Shown one piece after another: positions 56,509 through 64,000 of a stretch of 64,000 nt of DNA. The stretch's first letter is position 1, and every line of letters starts with the position of its first letter. Origin of the DNA: the human T2T-CHM13v2.0 reference genome, Homo sapiens; assembly GCF_009914755.1 (NCBI RefSeq), contig NC_060928.1, one strand, 5' to 3'. The translations under genes were made by a program, and so were the position numbers. A model generated the notes under the pieces. That model saw nothing but the letters and a program-made list of their open reading frames with translations. It was not told the origin of the DNA and searched no databases.

Positions 56509-57356
56509 TGATTCTACTCTTTTGTCATGGAGATTAGCAGCCATCTTTTCTCTCTCCTCCATCATGAGATTGAATCCAAGAGGGGCAACAATCTTCCAAA
56601 GTTAGTGCCAGAAGTAATACATTGAGTTTTAACTGCCTCAGTATTTCTTTCAATGTCAACTATTTCCTCATCCTTTTAATCTCTAAATCCTTAATGATGC
56701 AGAAGCCTCAAAAAGGTACAGATACACCTCATCACCAGGTTATCTTCAGATAACTGGAAAATGGCAACTCAAAGTATAGAAAGCAGAGTAACCTTGACCT
56801 AGATAGCTAATTCTCAGGTTTATAATGCCCGACTCATCATAGGCATTGAACTCTAACTGTATGAGGCCTATGTGTGACCATAAATGGCTTTATTTTTATC
56901 CCAGAGGTGGCATAAATGGTCCCTGAAGGTTTACTGTTGTGCTATTCCGAAGCACTTACTGCCATATTTTGGGAAGCAAGAGTACTCAGTGTGGCATCTG
57001 AATGAGAATATACACTCGGTCTTGCCATCACTCTTGGGCAGAAAATTCTTGATTTGTCTAATAGGAGGAAAAAAAGAATGTTAAGCCAGAGCACACCGTG
57101 TCTAAGCCTTGGAGTCAACCTGGGTTTAAATTCCAGCTCAACAAACTACTAGCTGTTTGGACAGGTTGCTTAATTGAAGATTCATTTTCTCTATCTTTGA
57201 GCTAGGGTTAATTATGTTGCAGAGTAGTCATAAGAATGAAATGTGCAAAGTCCATGGCATATGGCATTTAATAAATTGTGGCCATTCCTGTAATATCACC
57301 TCATAGATATTCCTGAGCACAAATTTACTCAATTCAATTTGAACCACTAACACTGA

Positions 57357-57503
<147 letters not shown>

Positions 57504-58519
57504 TGATATAACTTATACTTTTATTATGTAACATAATGATAAAAATAATTCTCGTTCACAATAGGAGGAAATAGCGCAAACAGTGATTCTGAATAACCCT
57601 TAGTCATAGATACTAGAAATTAACTAGTTTCTTGCCTTCACATGCTCAATGAATATTTTTGGTGCCTTACCTGATTTGTTCCACCTGATTTATTCCTCTT
57701 AATGATTTATTTTTAAGTTCCTGGTAGAAAATTATTATAGTAAAAACATTTTAATTATTCTCCATCTATTCAAGCATAGCTCATATATTATTTTAATGTG
57801 TTCTGGCCCTTTTTTCTAGCATGTTTATCAGAAAATATTTATTAAATAGTAATCTCTACTAATAAAATTTTTAGGACTTAACCTAATTAGGCCAATGTGA
57901 AGATACTATCATTTCAAAAGGGCTGGTTAACAGAAAAGCAAAGCAAACAAAAATCTTTCTGTTGCCTTATCAGTACCTGAAATTATATAATTAGAATTCA
58001 TACCTTGGCTTGGCCAATCAAGAAATGTTTCCCTTCAATTAATATAAATACACCCCAGGAGGTCTTTTTTTCTTCAACAAAGAGAATTCCAAGTATCAGT
58101 GATCTTTAGAAATAATTTGCATTAAAAGCAAATAAATGTTAAAATGTTAAAACTTTATTAAAAAAAATTAAAATGAAAATTTATTTATTACCCACTTAAT
58201 TTGAGTCTCTGAGGAGTTAAATGATTTAGTGAAGTTCATAAGTTAGAAGATAAAAGAATTCGCTTTTAAATTCCCACCAGGATTTACATTATTATACCTC
58301 ACTTATACCTCAGTATGATTGCTTGTCATATCTAACAGGGGGAGAGGAACAGACTAAGCATCCATCCATCCTGCAGCTCTTTATAGCCACCAGAGCATTT
58401 CTGTTCACCCAGCAGGTTCCACTGGGTGTCAGTGGGGAAAGAGTCCAATTTGAGATATGTTGCAGATGTGGATGCTATAGGTTGGAGCAACTGATAGCAT
58501 ATAGGACATAGCAGAATGG

Positions 58520-59050
58520 GAGGAGCCAATGATAATGTAGAGATTTGATTATAGGTGATTAGGAGGGTGGTGGTATTGACACATATGTGGAAATAGGAAA
58601 AAGAACATGTTTGAAAGAGAAAATGATGGGTTCAGCTTGGCACTTTCTGAGCATGAACATCCCGATGTTTCTACCATAGAGAACATCTGGTTGGAGATTT
58701 CTTCTTGATGGTTTGGAGAATAATATTAAAACCCTAAAGTAGGTCCAGGTTAGAACTGTAGCACTGGGAACACGCACCTTTAGCTGGTAGCTGAAATCAT
58801 GAAATTAGGTCAAGTACCCAAAGGACAATAAAGCAAGGGGACAAATATGTTCAAGGGAAAATCTTTAGGGGGTACCTTATTCCAGAAGGAATGATGAAAA
58901 ATAGTAGCCAGAGAAAGAGCTAAAGAGAAAAACAGGAGGAGACTCAAGAGATGAAGACATCATGGAATCCTAAAGAGGTAACCTTTTAAGAAGAGACTGT
59001 AGGACTTGAGACAAAAAAAAAAAAATTATGTATTTGGCCCTCAGTGACCC
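58520..59050 (-). mobile_element. L2 fragment
   Basis: 'gatgggttcagcttggcactttctgagc' and 'ttagctggtagctgaaatcatgaaattagg'. Confidence 0.5.
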
Positions 59051-59451
59051 TCAAAACATAAGAGAATGAATGTAGAAATCCAGAAGACAAATCAGCAATC
59101 ATGGAAGAGCAAATTCTGGGCCTGTTTTATGGCCAAGTACTTCTGCCAGTATTTGGCCCTAATTCAAGTCTAAGAGGATGGTCACTGATAATTTATCACT
59201 GACAGCTTCCATGAAGAATCACAGAATAGAGAGCTATGCTAAGGGAGAGAAACCTCTGTACAATTAGGAATTCAACACTTTTCTTTGTAGACTTTTTTCC
59301 TAAGCCTAGTTCTTTTAGCACACATACTCATAAATTTAATGCCAAAAATGTGGTTATTTTACTGAAAAAATAAGGAACTGTGCTTTACTAAATTTGTCCA
59401 AATCACATGCACTTCAGTTGAAGTTAGAATAAAAACTAATTCTATTTATAA

Positions 59452-59604
<153 letters not shown>

Positions 59605-60066
59605 TAATTCAAGTCAAACTAGTTCAACTAAGATTTCCTGCATCCATATTCTATGTAAAGCAAGTGATTACCGAGAGGAATAACATATGATTCTTATTCT
59701 CACAGAGTTTATAGCTGGTAAAACATACACATCATATATGCCACCTTCTATTGCTATTTGCCCTAAATTCTTAATAAGTGATCTAGATATTTGATCAAGA
59801 TATAGTGTAGCATTAAATCTGGGAAACAGAGGTAGAGAGAGAAAAAGGAAACTGATGTTTATTGTCCCTTTCTATTGTGTGACAATTTGCTGGACATGTT
59901 CTATGCATCATTCTCATCTCACTTTCACAAATACGTGAGGTAAGCACTATCTTATAAGAGAGTAGATAAAAAGAGATTAAGTAACTTACTGTAGGTCACA
60001 GAACTAAGAAGCTAGGATTCAAACCCAGGTCTTCTAGTTCCAGAGCACATATTCTTTCCTCTAGAG

Positions 60067-60267
60067 CAGGGTTGGCAAAGCACGGTCTGGTTTCCCAGCC
60101 ATTTCTATAAATAACGTTTTATCAGAACACAGCCAAACCCATCCATTTAAGGATTGTCTATGGCTATTTTTATGTTACAGTGGCAGAGTTGAGCAGCAAG
60201 GGAATAACTGACCCACAAAGCCTAAATTATCTACAACCGCCTTCGAGAAAAAGTTTGCCAGTCCCAG
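60067..60267. mobile_element. MER58A hAT-Charlie DNA transposon
   Basis: 'cagggttggcaaa...ataaataacgttttatcagaacacagcca...gaaaaagtttgccagtcccag'; 8-bp TSD ctctagag / ctctagcg. Confidence 0.85.
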
Positions 60268-60275
60268 CTCTAGCG

Positions 60276-60490
60276 TTGTGTTGTCCAATAGTGTAGCCAG
60301 AAGCCACAGGAGGCCATTTATATTTAAATTTAAATTAATTAAAAGTTGATAAAATTAAACCTCCAGTTTTTTGGTTGCACTAGCCACATTTGATGTGCTC
60401 AGTAGCTAATATGGGGAGAGGCTACTCTTTTGTGCAGTGAAGATAGAGAACAGTCCCATCATTACACAAAGTTCTATCAGACTGGTGCCC
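60276..60490. mobile_element. MER3/MER33-type hAT-Charlie element
   Basis: 'tgtccaatagtgtagccagaagccacag...tttaaatttaaattaattaaaa...gcactagccacatttgatgtgctcagtagc...aaagttctatcagac'. Confidence 0.75.
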
Positions 60491-61026
60491 TTGGTCAGCA
60501 TTAAGATTAACATTCAAATCAATTTTGGGAAAATGAGTGGAATGTGGGGTGTTATTCTCACTTTACCTTTTGGACTCCCTTTCCACTCAAAGCATTATAA
60601 CCACCTCAAAACGACAAAACAAACCAACTTACTAACTTCCAATACATTCTCTCCCATCCTTCCCCCATTCCCCACCTCCTGCTATTTTCTTTTTCTTTTC
60701 CTTCTTTTCTCCTTTCCTCTTGCCCCTGGATGGTTCTCAGTGATTCTTGGTAATGATCACGGCAATGTCAGGCAGGAAAAAAAATTGTGGTGATGACAGA
60801 GTAGGGATATTTAACCTAGAAATTTTTTAAAAGTCTACTCCAAATATTATACAATATTGTAACCAATTAATTAACCTTCCATGAGTCAGGTGAACTACTT
60901 TTTCCTACTTCTTTTTTAGTCTTAGGAAAGAGACACTCACAAGTACTTTTATGTATACTAACTCATTTAATCTTTGTAACAAACTTATAAGGTAGGTATA
61001 ATTATTATCCCATTTTAAACATGGGA

Positions 61027-61315
<289 letters not shown>

Positions 61316-61465
61316 TTAAAAAAATTGGAAATTGAGGCACAGTGAAGATAATTAACTTTCCCAAAGTCACAGCTAATAAGTGAGAGAGCTAGCATTTGAA
61401 CCCAGGAATCTGGCCCCTAGTCCATGCCCTTAAACATTATGGTGAAACATCTTAACAATATTTAA

Positions 61466-61720
<255 letters not shown>

Positions 61721-62699
61721 TAGAGGACAAAAAGTGCCAGATTTGGGGGCAGGGGCAGCCCCAGCTTTAGCTCTCCAAAACTCTGAGAGCCTGGAAAATC
61801 ATTTAACTGCTCTTAAGCTTAGTTTTATCATCTATAATATGTAGAAAATCGTAACACATAGCTTATCAATGAGAATCATATATTTTGCAAACTAAAACAT
61901 GCTATTCAGAAAAAGCATTCTGCTGGCTTCCTGATGCCCCTGGAGTAGTCACTGATTCTCTCTTCTATGTACTACTCACTTCCTATCTCACCTAGTTTCC
62001 ACTTCCCCTGTCTCCTCACTCACTCTTCTCAACCTAGCTAGACAGCTCCTCTTTCACCTGTGAGAACACATACTCTTTTGAATGCCCATGTTTGGTTGCA
62101 TCTGTGTCTAGCTGTATGCACTCTACGAATAAGGGTGAAAATGACTTTGAATCTCTGTATGGCAGTGTTCAGTCCATAAAACTTAACAGGAACTGGGTCA
62201 CCTTAAATTCAGTCTTCTTTCCCCTCTGGATTCCATTTATATTCCCTGTCAGTTCTTCACATAATGGATAGTACTGCCTAGAAAGATTTTAGTACTTTTT
62301 TATTCTTAGGGAAAGAACAGTATATTTGCCTTCCTTCAGCAATGATGGCTTTTCCCCAGGCACATTCAGGAACAATCTCTTTGTCATTGAAATGTTGCCT
62401 TAGAGAGTAGTCCCAGGCCAATTGGAGAAAAAGATAACATAAATTATTCTAAAATAGCAGATTCCTGACTTTTTTTGGTTAGAGGCAATTTTATGTATTT
62501 TGTATAATTCACACAGAATTCTAGCTCTGAATAGCTCTCTCAAAAACAATTTCTTTACACACCAAAATTGTAACATAGGATGGCTTAGTTTTGACTTAAT
62601 GACAATTGAAGGCCAGTTTACCCAGTCTATCAGGCATTGTTTTCCTCCATATTTCTTCTTTATTTAGAAAAAGTACATTCTCTAAAATTGCAAATCAAT

Positions 62700-62910
62700 T
62701 ATTCATGTTCTACCACTTCCACCTATGTGGCCATGGGCAAATAACTTCAGTTCTCCAAGCTTTGGTTTCTTCATTTGTAGAGGGATAATAATAGCACCAA
62801 CCTCATAAAGTATTTTGAGGGTTAAATGAAATAAAATATGTTTAGTGCTTCATATAGTGCTAATTACATGGTTAATGCTCTACATATTAGTTGCCATTAC
62901 AATTATTTTA
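62700..62910 (+). mobile_element. MIR SINE
   Basis: 'tgtggccatgggcaaataacttcag...tttcttcatttgtagagggataataatagcacc...gagggttaaatgaaataa'. Confidence 0.7.
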
Positions 62911-63334
62911 TTAATAACATTTATGTTCAATTACTGTTTCCCTGTTGGGTATTTGTTGCCCAACTTTATGTTACAGTAGGCAGTGCACCTGAGGAACCCT
63001 GTAGCTCAATTTGAACTTGGTCTGTAGCAGGGAAATTCAAGAACTCTTCCCGTAGTGCATCTAGGCTCCCTTCTATGTTTCTCTGCTAAGAGGAATTTCT
63101 GGAATATGTCATTTCATTATTTTAACTCAGTTAAATCAGTTTGTTCTGAAGGGTATTCACTGAATAAACTTGGAGCTTCATGGTCCATGTTTCATGCACT
63201 TGAAATAGGGTTGCATTCGTTTAGGATATTGCTTTTCTTTTTAAAATTAAAATTATTGCTTCTATCCTCTGTATAGTCTAATTTTTAAAGGTTGGTTAAT
63301 TTCTAGTCTTACATTTTCTTTATATGATATACAA

Positions 63335-63705
63335 AGTGTCTATCAGTCTGTATACAAAACCTCTCCAGGTATTTTAAACAGGAGAGGATTTAACACAGGA
63401 AATTGTTTGCAAGACCCAGTTGAGCAAAAGAAGGAAGGTTGTGTCACCCATAACCCTGAAGCCCACACAATACTGCTGAATTGCCTCTGCCTGACCGACT
63501 GCTCCTGCTGAAACTACTGGAGGCACCACCAAAACATAATGTCTTCTCCCATCTTCTCAAATGATGCAAGTGCCTCCCCCTGGCAGAACCTAGCTGCCAA
63601 TAAAGTTTGGGAAATGTAATTTTCAGTCTTCCATGCTCCATGGTTCAGGAGAGAGTATGTAAGGGTGAGAGCAGAGCTGACACCAAGAAACAATATTCAG
63701 AACAC
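63335..63705 (-). mobile_element. Old MLT1-like LTR fragment
   Basis: 'aaaacctctccaggtattttaaacaggagaggatttaacacaggaaattg' and 'gcctccccctggcagaacctagctgcc...tgggaaatgtaattttcag'. Confidence 0.5.
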
Positions 63706-64000
63706 TCTGTTAAACATTTGCTTTCTTGAAGATCCAGAAGCCAGAGGTCTATAACAAGACAGATGTCCTTTTCAATTCAAATAATAATATGATTTGGATT
63801 ATCTTTAAGGACATGCTCTCCCTTCTTTTGTCTTCTCATTTAACATGCCTTCCCTGGAGGGTTATGTTTACTCCACAGCTTCATCTATTATTTTACCTTG
63901 TGAGGAAACCCAAATCATGGTTTCTAGCTGTCACCTTTCCTCAAGCCACAGCCCTTATTTCTAACTATGGACCAAACTACACATCTCTACACATACTCCA

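Overview
Mammalian genomic DNA, almost certainly human: it carries AluJ/AluS elements, MIR, L2, L1, MaLR LTRs and MER/Tigger DNA transposons. I recognise the locus as the divergent GASK1B (FAM198B) / TMEM144 gene pair, placed at 4q32.1 from memory. On the minus strand lie the GASK1B promoter (TATA, CCAAT and GATA motifs near 15.2 kb), candidate 5' non-coding exons and the large first coding exon (CDS 13591->12682). Positions 1-12.6 kb are intronic, and the remaining GASK1B exons lie left of the window. On the plus strand lie the TMEM144 CpG-rich promoter (~52.5-52.8 kb), two 5'UTR exons and four coding exons whose phases join into one ORF (c.1-413); the gene continues past the window. The ~37 kb between the genes is mostly repeats plus candidate exons of an antisense lncRNA. 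Nearly all ORFs in the supplied track are spurious. I found no convincing new biological system. The best leads are: (1) a candidate 8-nt microexon or recursive AG|GT site in the GASK1B intron; (2) two uORFs at the GASK1B start, one with an AUGA stop-start overlap; (3) a frameshifting alternative exon with a (CAG)5 tandem acceptor; (4) a decayed CpG-island/promoter-like insert inside an old L1 at ~25 kb; (5) a 341-bp, ~96.5%-identical local duplication that splits a hAT element; (6) a ~265-bp AT-rich imperfect palindrome at 46.35 kb. Repeat subfamily names come from recalled consensus sequences, and repeat boundaries are approximate unless target-site duplications (TSDs) are cited.
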